Positions 1-10,330 of a DNA stretch of 64,000 bases are shown here, piece by piece (position 1 is the stretch's first letter; each line of letters starts with the position of its first letter). Source of the DNA: Vicugna vicugna (Eukaryota); assembly GCA_013265495.1 (NCBI GenBank), contig MU058139.1, positions 248,001 to 312,000 on the forward strand. Direction: 5' to 3'. The position numbers and the translations under genes were made by a program. The notes beneath the pieces are model-generated. The model was not told where the DNA came from, searched no databases, and saw nothing but the letters and a program-made list of their open reading frames with translations.

Positions 1-359
1 TTCCCAGGTGGGAAAGAGGGATTTTTCATCCTTATTTAGTCTTGATCAGGAAGTTGGGTGAGGTAATAATGAACAAAAGTTTACATTCACATGGGGGTAT
101 CATAAGCAAAAGGTTATAGTTGGACATAGGTCATAATGATTGAAAGGTTACATTCAGATGGTGAGGATTCCTGTCTTGCCCTACCCTTCTGCCTCCAGGA
201 CACTTATCAACCAAGAGGTATGGTTTTTTATTAATCCAGAGGATCCTGTTTTTCTTAGTCAGTCCAAGGACCCCCTTTGTTCACAAAATGTATGATTTTC
301 TGCCATTTGCCCATGTCCTTCTTTCTCTGCTCATATCTAGCTACCTGCCTTGTCTAACA
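1..359 (-). mobile_element. ERV1-type LTR, truncated by the window edge
   Basis: Minus strand begins TGTTAGACAAGGCAGGTAGCTAGATATGAGCAG, resembling MER50/MER4-group LTR starts as recalled. Confidence 0.55.
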
Positions 360-1022
360 AGTGATGTGTCTTTGGTTTTATATCTTCCTCCGTGTATGTA
401 TGGGTTCTTAATATTTAGGAGTCCACGGTCCATGATCATTTCATATTGCAACTGTAGCCTGAAGTCTCTAATGGTCTAGTAAATTATGCCTGCACGAAAT
501 TATCAAACCTATGCAAAGGAAGTAGATAGAAATTGGTAAATGTGGCTTAGGCAAGAGATTTCCTTCCTCTTTGAGTGTCTTAAGAGTGGTTGAGATATTT
601 CAGGGTGGCATGGGGGTGGAGGAGCTAAAACATAAAAGTCCTAAATGAATCGTCCCCTTAAGAGAATAACCATAGAAGGTCTACATGGGGAATTTTAAAT
701 ATTCACATCTCCATATTTGAAGATACAGCTAATGGCCAACTTGAAAATGTCAGCAGTAAAAACCCCAAACTTCTAAACACATTTATGCAAATTAGATCTG
801 CCTATTCAAAGTAAGAATCTCAATCTTTCTCTTCTTAATTGCTACCAGTTTCTATGGCCTCAATTCCAGCCTCAAATACGGTTCAGATGGAGTCAATCTT
901 GAGGCTTTCTAAAAGCAGGGGCGATTGTACCCTTAGCAGGACCAAGCCAGTGTGCTTGCCAGTACTCCCAGTGAGTCACAGCTGGAATGTCCTGTGGTTG
1001 AAGTTCTGCTCTGAAAACGGAA

Positions 1023-1145
1023 TCAGGAGCAGCAGGCACCAACTGGTTTCCACGGTAACCAGTATTTGTGTACTTTGAAAAACGACTGTTTCTTTTTGTG
1101 TGGTACATTTACGCGGGAATAGATTGTTGAGGTGACGTTAGCCAT
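1023..1145 (-). CDS. Putative nested antisense gene, last coding exon (G)
   Basis: Minus strand ttttgtttatattcgcacag|ATG GCT AAC...TGC TGC TCC TGA; MANVTSTIYSRVNVPHKKKQSFFKVHKYWLPWKPVGACCS*; phase 0 fits exon F; no repeat recognised here. Confidence 0.45.
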   Translation of the reverse strand: MANVTSTIYSRVNVPHKKKQSFFKVHKYWLPWKPVGACCS

Positions 1146-1420
1146 CTGTGCGAATATAAACAAAACCTCCTGATTTAATTAAGTGTAAACGTTAGAAGGA
1201 CACAAAATTGGGGGTATGGGTTTTTTTGTTTTTTTGTTTTTTTGGTAGAGAGATATTGTTCAACACTAATGAATTCATTAATTTATTTGACATTATATTT
1301 AAGTATTTTCATCAATGTCTATTTGAGGTTTACCTCAATGCATCATTCTCTCCCCTCCAAAGGCAAAAAGAAACTAATTGTTATTCATCAGTGCTCCCCC
1401 CAGACCCCCTCCCCCTTCCC

Positions 1421-1635
1421 CCACCCCCATCCCATTCACAATGTGTTATTTAAGGACCGCTGGGATTCAGGGGCTCTCCTTCAGTGAAGTAATCCCATCC
1501 GGAAGGAAGGGGGGGAAAAAAACCTTCACCACCCCCATCCCATTTAAAATGTGTTATTTAAGGACCGCTGGGATTCAGGGGCTCTCCTTCAGTGAAGTAA
1601 TCCCATCCGGAAGGAAGGGGGGGAAAAAAACCTTC
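1421..1635. repeat. 108-bp tandem duplication (2 copies)
   Basis: 1421-1528 and 1529-1635 are identical apart from cattcacaatg vs catttaaaatg. Confidence 0.95.
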
Positions 1636-3619
1636 CAAGTCTTGTGAAAATGTCAGGTTTCTTAACCTTGCTGAGCTGGGAGACAGAAATATGGTACTGC
1701 TTATAGCTTTGCACAGAATCTAAAATATGGTTCCTCAAAATGTTTACCCTACCTAGTGTTTCAGAAGATCCAGGAAGCTTTGAGCGATTCCGGTTCCAGA
1801 GAAATCTGACCTTGTGTTTTGTTAGATAAAGATGAAATAATTAAAGTTTTGTTCACTGCACTACCATCCACAGTTCAGGAATGAGCCTTTTGGAGTGGAA
1901 AACAGTAGAGCATTTTCTCGCTTATTCTGCCTCGGCCTGGGAACAGTATGTTTATTTTTGTGTTAATTAGTTTTGAATTGGAATTCGTGCACTAAGTTTA
2001 ATAAAAACTCCGTGGCTCAGTTACATCCCCTACAGCGAAGCAGCAGGTTAGGAGTAAACAGATTACAACACAGACTCTCCCGACCTCCACCTCCTGCCAG
2101 GGATGGTGGGGCCGGAAGATGGTGGGGCCGGGGTGGGAGGTGAAGGGATCTGTTGTTCCTTCTTCTTTCTGTGTGGCTTTATTCTTTCTCTCATTTTTGC
2201 TGTCTCATGATTTCTGTTGACCATCGAGAATATTAGAAACTTGATAATAAATAGACATATTTAAAGAAGCAATATTAAAAAAATTAAAAGGAAGCTCAAG
2301 GGAGAAGCCTGAAAAATAAACCCCATCTTCATTCATTTACTTAAAACGCTCAGCTTCAGTACTTAAGGGTGAGTGATATCATGGACTTCTGAGTTTCTCT
2401 TTTGAAATCTCTGCTGACCTTCCCCCCCATCATGTCACACAAGCACGTATGTCTGATAAGCAGGCTGTGTTGAGAACTCAGCAAGACAGCCCGAATTTAG
2501 AAAGTTGCGATTTGTTACGACCTTGAATGAGGCCCTGCCTGGTCTCTCCTTCTGCAGAGTGGCCACAAAAGATGCAGACCCTTTGCTGCCTGAAAGCAGC
2601 AAGCTGAAATTTCAGACTGTAAGATCCTAATGGGTAGCTCACTGTGCAAGTTTCAAGTAACGTGCAGGTTTAAGTCCTGTTAAAATAAATGCAGCTGTGG
2701 GGGAAATCATCATGTTCCTTCACTGAAGACATGCTGGGAATCTATCCCGGGTCAAAGCCCTGTGCTGGGCAGTGGGGGGATGTGAGAGGCGGTCTGGGCT
2801 CGAAGGAAACTCATCATGAGTAAGGGAGGCGGGCACATGCCTATATAACCGGAATGTGACTGTTTCCACAAAGGGGAATGAAAAGCTGAGAGGTGTCAAA
2901 GGAAAACCAATTCATGACCGGCGACAAGGATTAGGGCAGGCTCCATGGAGGGCCTTTGTGGAATTTGATGATAAAGTTTTCCATGCTCCAATCAACACGT
3001 TTCAAACAGTAACTTATACCGTAGCATTTCAGGAGCTAAAAATAATTTGGTCAGTTTGGAATTTATTGAAACCAGATTATACATTTACGTACAGACACAA
3101 ACATGCACACTCACACGCGTGTGCTCTCCAAGAGAATTTCGATACAGGAAGTCTGCATGCCTATGACCAGACATTTTCCTTTTAATTACAATGGGCAGCT
3201 CATCCCAAGGGTAACTGGAACAAAGTGTTTAATGTGGATTTTAAAGGATTAAGAGAAAATATATTGGCCTGAGTCATGAAGAAGCCGATCTTTTTGGGAT
3301 TATCATTATTTCTTCCTGACTGAAGAGATACGACAGAGAGGTTTATGCTTTTAGTTTGGAGATGTGTATCTGATGAAATTATTAAGTAAGATAATTCGAT
3401 GATGTCCAATACACAACAGGACAGAGAAATACCTCAGTGGGGAAATGGACAAAGACCTCAGCAGAAAAGTTCCAAGAGAAGAAACAGAAATGCCCAAGAA
3501 ACATGCAAAAAAAAAAAAACCCTTCAGCCTCAAAGTAACAAATTGAGACAATTCCAAAAAGAAAACAAATTTTCACTATTAGCCCCAGCTTTAAAAATAA
3601 AAGCTGTCAAAATGGCCAA

Positions 3620-3960
3620 AGATCCACTGCAATAAATATGTCTATAAACTGCCAATGGGAGAATAAATTGATATAAACTCTCTGGTAAGAAATTTAATAA
3701 TATATATCTAGAGCCAGAAAAGATTATACTCTTTGATTCATTCCCCTTCTAGGAATCTTTCCTGAGATAAATTTGAAATATCTAACAAAGATTTGCAATT
3801 ATTGGCCCCCAAATTGGAAGTATCCTAAGTGAACAATAGCAGAATTGTAATGTGAATACAGTATACTAGCGGCATTTTATGCCACCATTAAAAATATTTA
3901 CATAGACAATTTAGTGACATGCTTAGTGAAAAACAGGGAACGCAATTAAATGTGTAGCCC
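3620..3960 (+). mobile_element. Ancient L1 (L1M-type) 3' fragment
   Basis: Degenerate L1 motifs (aatgggagaataaattg...ccccttctaggaatctttcctgag...aattggaagtatcctaagtg); boundaries approximate. Confidence 0.5.
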
Positions 3961-4458
3961 AAATTAATACACACACATATACGCCTGCACACATATTTAC
4001 ATACATATATATAAACAAATGAAAAAAGAGGTTGGCAAGAGAAACTTCTGGTATTTACAGTGGTTATCTTCAGTGGGATTAATTTTTGTATCTTTGTATT
4101 TTCCTTTTCATAGCTCTCTAAAATGTGTAACTGTTCATCATCTAGTATTTATTTTTAAAATTTATAGCTCACAATTATTTTACTGTTAAATCATTAGGCA
4201 TCTCTTAGGTGTGATTAACATGTGAACACATCTCATTGGCCCAGTATTTCCTCCTTCTGTCCCTGGATTAGACTTCGGAGGGGATCTCTCTTGGTCTACA
4301 AAGATCTGTTTTAATTTCTGTACTCCACCCACCTCAGTAGATTTGTCCTTAACTTTTGAACCAAGAAACAGCTTTCACTCCATGAGAAGACTTTACTTTT
4401 TACATATGACAGCCCCAGTGGAGCTTTCTTACATTGGGAAGTGTCTCTCTGATTTCAG

Positions 4459-4609
4459 CTCTACGATGGCACACGGCGGATGGGGCGCTACTGCGGCGCA
4501 GACACGCCACCTGCAGGAGGCACCACCGGCCCCAAGCTTCACGTGCTGTTCCACACCGATGGGGTTGGTGGCCGTGAGAAAGGATTTCAGATGCAGTGGT
4601 TCATCCATG
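4459..4609 (+). CDS. CUBN: Cubilin internal exon (human exon 28 equivalent), C-terminal half of CUB8
   Basis: ttcag|CTC TAC GAT...CAT G|gtaagc; 151 bp; [50 protein letters not shown](G), matching cubilin CUB8 as recalled (LYDGPRQMGRYCG...[19 protein letters not shown]). Confidence 0.97.
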
Positions 4610-5296
4610 GTAAGCCCCATGCTGATCTCAGCTTTATTTGGTGGTTACTATTTGTCCAAGAACTGTTCCCTTTGCAATTCTGTATTTGGAAACAACGCCA
4701 TTCACAAATGGTGGGACCCGGGTGGTAATCTGGTGGTAGTGTACTCAGACATTGGTGGCTCTTGGTGAGTTAGGTCCTCTTAGGGTTAAGACAGGAAGTG
4801 AAGTCCAGGTGGACAGGATTTGGACAGCTAAGTAGGTTCAGGAGTAAATTGCTCAAGAGCAGGGAGGGAGCTGGTGAAGTTTCTCGGGGAGAAGACCAGT
4901 ACCTGGGTGTGGCAGGCAGATTGCAAGTTGAGGGGGAAGTCTCAGAGGGAGTGGAATAGAATGAGATTTAAGACTCATTCTGACACTGAGCAGAGGAGTC
5001 ACAAGGATCAAAGGGGAAGAATGAGTCAATCAGAGAGAGAAGAGGGAGGGTGAGGACTGGGCTGGGAGGGGAGCCCGGGCAGAAAACTTAAGCTGGTGAT
5101 GCACTAAGCCAAGGACGGTGTTGTACCTGCCAGATACAGTACAGGGCGTGCAAGAGCCTACCTACGAATTAGTGGTTCAGAAAACGAGTAGGGGTCATCA
5201 TTCCTCTGAAGGTGAAAATTCGTATTAAACACAAGTTCTGAAACGTCTAGACTGACCTCATGTGGCTCAACCTCAAGGGAGAGGGCCGCACATCAA

Positions 5297-5446
5297 TGAT
5301 TCTCAAAACGTGGTCCCCCAAAGCAGCATCCTCATCACATGGAATTTGTTAGAATTGCAGATTCTTGGGCCCCATCCCAGACCTAAAGAATCATAAACTC
5401 TGAAGGGAAGCCCAATAATCTGCATCTTAACTAGTCTCCCTGGTGA
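5297..5446. mobile_element. MER5A-like hAT-Charlie DNA transposon
   Basis: gattctcaaaacgtggtccc...ttgttagaattgcagattcttgggccccatcccagacct...gaatc. Confidence 0.75.
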
Positions 5447-6157
5447 GCGCAGTTGGAGACGCAACTCTCCTAGGGTGATCTAGACCTGAAAAATAAAGTC
5501 CTTGTGAGTATATGAGCGGTTCTCAGCCAAAGGCTTAGGGCTTCGAGCATGAGGCAGTCGATTTGGAAGAGAAGTGGGGTTGTCATGTTATTCCGGGAAT
5601 CACACACACACATTCTAAGCTCCCACTGTCGCAATCAGGGCTGACACCACAGTGAGCGCACAGGAATGCTGACTCTTGAGGGCTGGTAACATCATAGTGC
5701 ATTTATTATATGCCTCTCAGCACTGTACACAACTGAATAGCCCTATTATATACTTGAGAGTGTGAGACATTCAGTTATTATGAACTGGAGACTGAGTGTA
5801 TTTCATTACACTGTAAGTATGGGTTTTTTCAGTATTTAAAAATATTCAGTGGTAATCCACAGCTACTTACAGCTTGGAATACAGATTATGAGTTCCCAAA
5901 GTAACTGAGTTTGTGGAAGCTCTGGACTGTCCTCTCCATCAAGGAGGTAGATTTAACCTTGGAATGTTAACTTATTGATCTAGTAAGTGAAGGGACTGGA
6001 TCGATTCATCTCTGTAACACAGCCCATCTCTCGTATTGTGTGATTCAGAAATGGCCTGATTCTAAGGAAACGAGACAGTGCGGAAAGACCTAGAAGAAAC
6101 AGGAAAATCTTGGGAAATGACCCAGATTTTCAAGGGTGAAGGTGGTTTTTTTCCAGA

Positions 6158-6635
6158 ACAGTGTTCCTCGAACTTTCATGTGTCTATGCAACACTGTGAA
6201 TCTTGCCAAAATGCAGATTCTGATGGGGGAGGGGAAGCAGGTGCTAAGTAAGGCCCATGAGTCTGCATTTCTGAAAAGCTCCCAGGCGATGCTGATGGGG
6301 CTTTTCCATAGACCAAGCTTTGAGAGCTTTCTCCTCTTTGACCTTGGGAGCGGTGAGGTTCTTTCTCACAGGGGCCCCAGCTCGTTTCCTACTGACACTG
6401 AGACAGACGGTGGAAAGTAAGAGATGCTAACCAGGAGACCGAGGCTCAGGACCTAGAGGGAGTGGTTCTTGGCCCTAGATACATGTTGGAATCACCTGGG
6501 AGTTTTAAACAGTCCCCATGCCTGTGTTCTAACCTGCAGGGATAGGATTCAGTTGACCTGCGGTAGGACTTTGACTATAGCTAATTTTAAAAAGCTCCCT
6601 AAGTAATTCTGCCATGCAGCTAGGATGGAAAATCT
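6158..6635. mobile_element. Two adjacent MER5-like fragments (about 6158-6325 and 6460-6635)
   Basis: aaaatgcagattctga...ctgcatttctgaaaagctcccaggcgatgctgatg and ttggaatcacctgggagtttt...aaaagctccctaagtaattct. Confidence 0.65.
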
Positions 6636-7360
6636 CAGGAACAGTGATTTATTTTGCTGCTGACATCTTTCTCCTCAGCGGGCTGCCTCCTCTCCCCTCC
6701 AGGCTGTCCTAGCCATGTTGACCCAAGGCCACACGAAGGACATGGCTGAATGATCATTACTGGCTACAGTGGGTGACTGTATCACTAAGGTCACACTAAG
6801 GAGTGTGATTTAATGGTCATTACTGGCCACACTGGATGGCTGTGTCACTGGCTTCCTCCAGCCAATATGCTAGACATGGCTGAATCGTCTGCTGCAAGCT
6901 CTGAGTTTGGGTTAGGAAAATTTTCTTCTTCCAGTTCCATTTGGAACCTGTCTTCCTTTGGGAGAGTCAAAGACAGCCTCTGTCTATCCTCTTTTCCTGT
7001 TTACTATTTCAGAACTTACTCCCAATTGCCGAAATCTGGCTAAGCTTGGAACCAGAGTTGTGCAACAGAATTTTGCCAGAGGGGACCAGAACTGAACAAT
7101 TTTTTTTTTTAACTCTGTGTTGCCCATGAGATATCAGTTACGCTTGGGGAGAAACTTCTGGAAGGGCTTTGTTAGCCGTCTGGATCTGTGCAAAATTAAC
7201 TGTCATATACTATAGTTAACACAATGCTACGAGTAGGCAGAGTTTATAGTTTGCATCTAAACTAGGTTTTTAACTGGAGATAGCCTGAGAAGAGGGGCCA
7301 ACAGAAAAGGCAAGGGTCAGGGAAGAGGTCTTTGATGGGGGAAGTTCCCTCACTTCTTAC

Positions 7361-7455
7361 CCATTGTTGGTAAGCTGAAGACATAAATCTGATTTCCCAG
7401 TCATCCGTGTGTTCTTGCCACAGATATTCAGGAAGGAACTGTTTCGGGCCAGGTG
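7361..7455 (-). CDS. Putative nested antisense gene, exon F (SOUL-like signature)
   Basis: ctcag|CA CCT GGC...CAA TGG|gtaaga; 95 bp, phase 1 to 0; (A)PGPKQFLPEYLWQEHTDDWEIRFMSSAYQQW. Confidence 0.5.
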
Positions 7456-7809
7456 CTGAGCTCGGGTGGGGGACAATGTGTGAATCCACCCAGCACGCCT
7501 GGCTCCTACTCTCCTAGAGCTTACAGGCGATCGGGAGGAGTAGCCATCAAGCAAATAAGCACACAAGTAGATAAAAAAGCAAAAGTGGGATACGTGTCAC
7601 GGGAGCACAGAAGGGGACTGGACCCGGACGGGAAGCCAGAGCAGCCCTGCGTGAGAACAGGACTTGTGAACTCCAATCCAAGAATAAGCAGGAGTCAAGG
7701 AGGCAAATGGGGAAGGAAGAGGATTCCTGGTAGAAGAAAGACCCTGTGGTGGGAGAGAGCAGGGTAGCACGGGCACCCGCAAGTCCAGGGAGGCTGAGGT
7801 CCAGCACGG

Positions 7810-8008
7810 TATATAAGATAGATCAACAACAAGGTCCTGCTGGTGGCACAGAGCACGGTATTCAATATTTTGTAATAACCTAAGATGGAAAGGAATTTGA
7901 AAAGGAATATATATATATAAAATAATGCATATACAACCGAGTCACTGTGCTGTACACCAGAAACTAACATGACATTGTAAATTGACTATACTTCCAAAAA
8001 AAAAAAAA
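7810..8008 (+). mobile_element. L1 3'-UTR fragment (artiodactyl type) with poly(A)
   Basis: aacaacaaggtcctgctg...gagtcactgtgctgtacaccagaaactaacatgacattgtaaattgactatacttc followed by an A run. Confidence 0.85.
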
Positions 8009-8689
8009 GGCAAAGAGTTTTTGCTGAAGGAGCTGCTGGAGAGGGAAGCAGTGGCCTGGGTCCTTCACAGACAGGGGCTCGGGCAGGGAGAGGAGCCCCA
8101 CCCTCTCTTTCTTGTAAACCCTGCAGATTTCAGAGAAAAGAGTTTTGAGTAGGATCTGAAGCGACACGGTGTGCTGTGGGATTCGAATACAACAAACAAA
8201 TACATATAAGATCCCAGATCCACTGGAAAAACCAGCCTCAGTTTTAAAATGTAATTGAAATACCCTTGGCTGTGTGTTCGTGGGTGCACATGCACGTGAG
8301 TGAATGGAATTCAGAAACTGTGTCTCGGCCCAGCCCCTGCAGGAAGACCTCCACCTCAGAGTCAAGGCCAAACGCCAGGGCTGGGGACACCCTGCCCGAC
8401 GCAGGCAGGCCTGGAGCGGCTCTCCTCACCAGGCCCAGAGCAGCTGCCTTTAAACTCCCAGCCTCTTTTCACTGGAATCACATCTCATTTCTGGTCCTTT
8501 CTCCGCTCCCACTCTTTTCCAAACCATGCGGTGACAACAGCTAAAAACTCTTCATGACATGTTCAGAATCTTCATGGCATTGCCTCCCGGTCCCTGCGGC
8601 TGACGAAGAGTCCCCAGGCCCCTCTTTCACGTTGCCAGTCCGTCAGTGAACCCCTTCCCAGTACGTGCCTCTTTGTCGCCCGCACAAAC

Positions 8690-8822
8690 CTTCTGTTTGC
8701 TTTGAGAAGATGGATCTGCAATCGGGCTTTCTTTCCTGGGCCCATGTTGAAAGTGACGCGGTAGATGTGAAATGAAACCACACGGCCTTGCCTTTGTGCG
8801 AACCATCAAAGAGAACCCCTCT
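8690..8822 (-). CDS. Putative nested antisense gene, exon E
   Basis: ccatttctttctttccag|AGA GGG GTT...ACA GAA G|gtttgt; 133 bp, phase 0 to 1; RGVLFDGSHKGKAVWFHFTSTASLSTWAQERKPDCRSIFSKQTE. Confidence 0.45.
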
Positions 8823-9952
8823 CTGGAAAGAAAGAAATGGCCACAGTTGCCCTGCCTGGCTAAATGCATTCAGTGCTGACAGCATTGTCCAGGGGCTGAA
8901 TTCGGCCTTGGGGGCCTTCGTCTGGGTTGCCGGAGGGAGTGTGGAACTTTCTGTAAGCCATGTGAATAGGAGCCTCCAGGCCAGCTGTGCACACCCCTCG
9001 CCTCCTCTGGTCACCCCTCCCAGGGGCCCTCTTTCCCTTGGCAGTGGAATCCGGGTTGCGTACAAACAAGGTCAAGGAGCTTTGTGAGTGAAAGAGGGAC
9101 ATTTGCAAAGGGAGAAAACCCCTGGACGGGGAGGAGCAGAGGAAGGGTGAAGTGCATGGCTGGGGAGGTGATGTCACCCTGGGTTCTCACAAAGGCGAGT
9201 GTGGCCTTTTCTTCGGGGAGAGAGATGACATCACCCTCCTGAATGGGGTCTGGCTCCATTTGATCAGCCTTTCAACTATTAACGAGATTTCTCAGGACTT
9301 GAGGGTGTTTTTTTCAGAAACCGGCTCCGGGTTTCTAAAAAGCATGTCCAGCCCCTCTGTGGCTGGCCCGGTTTAGACGTGGGCCAGCGCCTTCTTGACG
9401 ACCTGTGGACGTGCGGTCTTGTAGCAAAGCGCTCTTCAAAAATAAATCTTTCGAGCTCTGGCAAAGACCCTCCTCCAGGTCAGCAGCGTTTCTTGTAAGC
9501 CGTCCCTGAGTTCTCTTCCCTGACGCGGTCATTTCCATAGCCTTTGCTATTGTCGGTCTTTCAGGGGAATTCCTTCCAATCCGTCATTTTTCTTCCTTTT
9601 GTGACTTACAGTACGTGTGCTGGGGCTTCTGGGAGGTTCACTCTTTGAGGACAAAGGGTTTATCTTTTGCGATTCCATCATCCATCCGACGGCCTTATAC
9701 GTGGATGCTGGGTACCCGCCTCCCCCGTGGGGTGTGAGGGCCGGTAAACTGGGCTGGGGGGGGATTTGTGGGCCTCCCTCCAAACAGCAGACACTTTGCG
9801 TTGTGCGTGGTGTGGCAGCGACTCCTCGTGGCCCCTGGGAGCAGGTGTTCACTGAGGACACGTCCGCCTTCAGTCATGCGTTCCAGCAACCACCCAGCAT
9901 GTATTTATTCACAACCAGGTTCTGGGCTTGGTGTTTACAGAATACAGAGAGC

Positions 9953-10330
9953 GTGTTCATCTGCTCAGGCCGCCATAACGAAATAGCACAGATTGGGGGC
10001 CTTAAACAGCAGAAATTAATTTTCTCACGGCTCTGGAGGCTACAAGTCCAAGGTGTCGGCAGATTTGGCTTTTCCAGAGGCCTCTCTGCTTGGCTTGAAG
10101 GTGGCGGCCTTCTCGCTGTGTGCTCACCTGGCCTTGCCTCGGCGGCTTACTGCCATCCCTGTGTGTGCCCGGATTTCCTCCTCATGTGAGGGGGCCAGCC
10201 AGATTGGACGAGGGCCCTGCTCTAGGAGCCTTATTCTGACTTCATCACCTCCGTAACAGCCCACGTCCGCACACAGTCACATTCTGGGGTACTGAGGGTC
10301 AGAGCTTCAATGTGACAATTCAGGCCACGT
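9953..10330 (-). mobile_element. MaLR (MLT1-type) solo LTR
   Basis: ctcaggccgccataacgaaatagcacaga...cttaaacagcagaaattaattttctcacggctctggaggctacaagtccaag...cagtcacattctggggtactgaggg. Confidence 0.8.

Noticed and set aside
2558..2618. Possible cryptic plus-strand exon (ctccttctgcag|AGTGG...CAGACT|gtaaga)
   Set aside because: At 61 nt it would frameshift CUBN, it is not CUB-like, and the CUBN domain sequence is complete without it.
7361..8760. Loose resemblance of WAQ...GPKQFLPEYLWQEH...IRF to an RGS domain
   Set aside because: It needs several gaps and lacks the FW core. The SOUL pattern fits without gaps. It shows how easily motifs can be over-read by eye.
8690..8821. Alternative frame for the nested exons (EGFSLMVRTKARPC...KQK/HLARNSSFLNICG.../WLTSPQQSIPA*)
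   Set aside because: It is also open across exons E-F but has no recognisable motif and needs a poorer upstream donor. It is disfavoured rather than excluded; a codon-substitution analysis would decide.
9617..10189. 190-aa plus-strand ORF
   Set aside because: Its second half is MLT1 LTR sequence; it has a non-ATG start and no recognisable domain.
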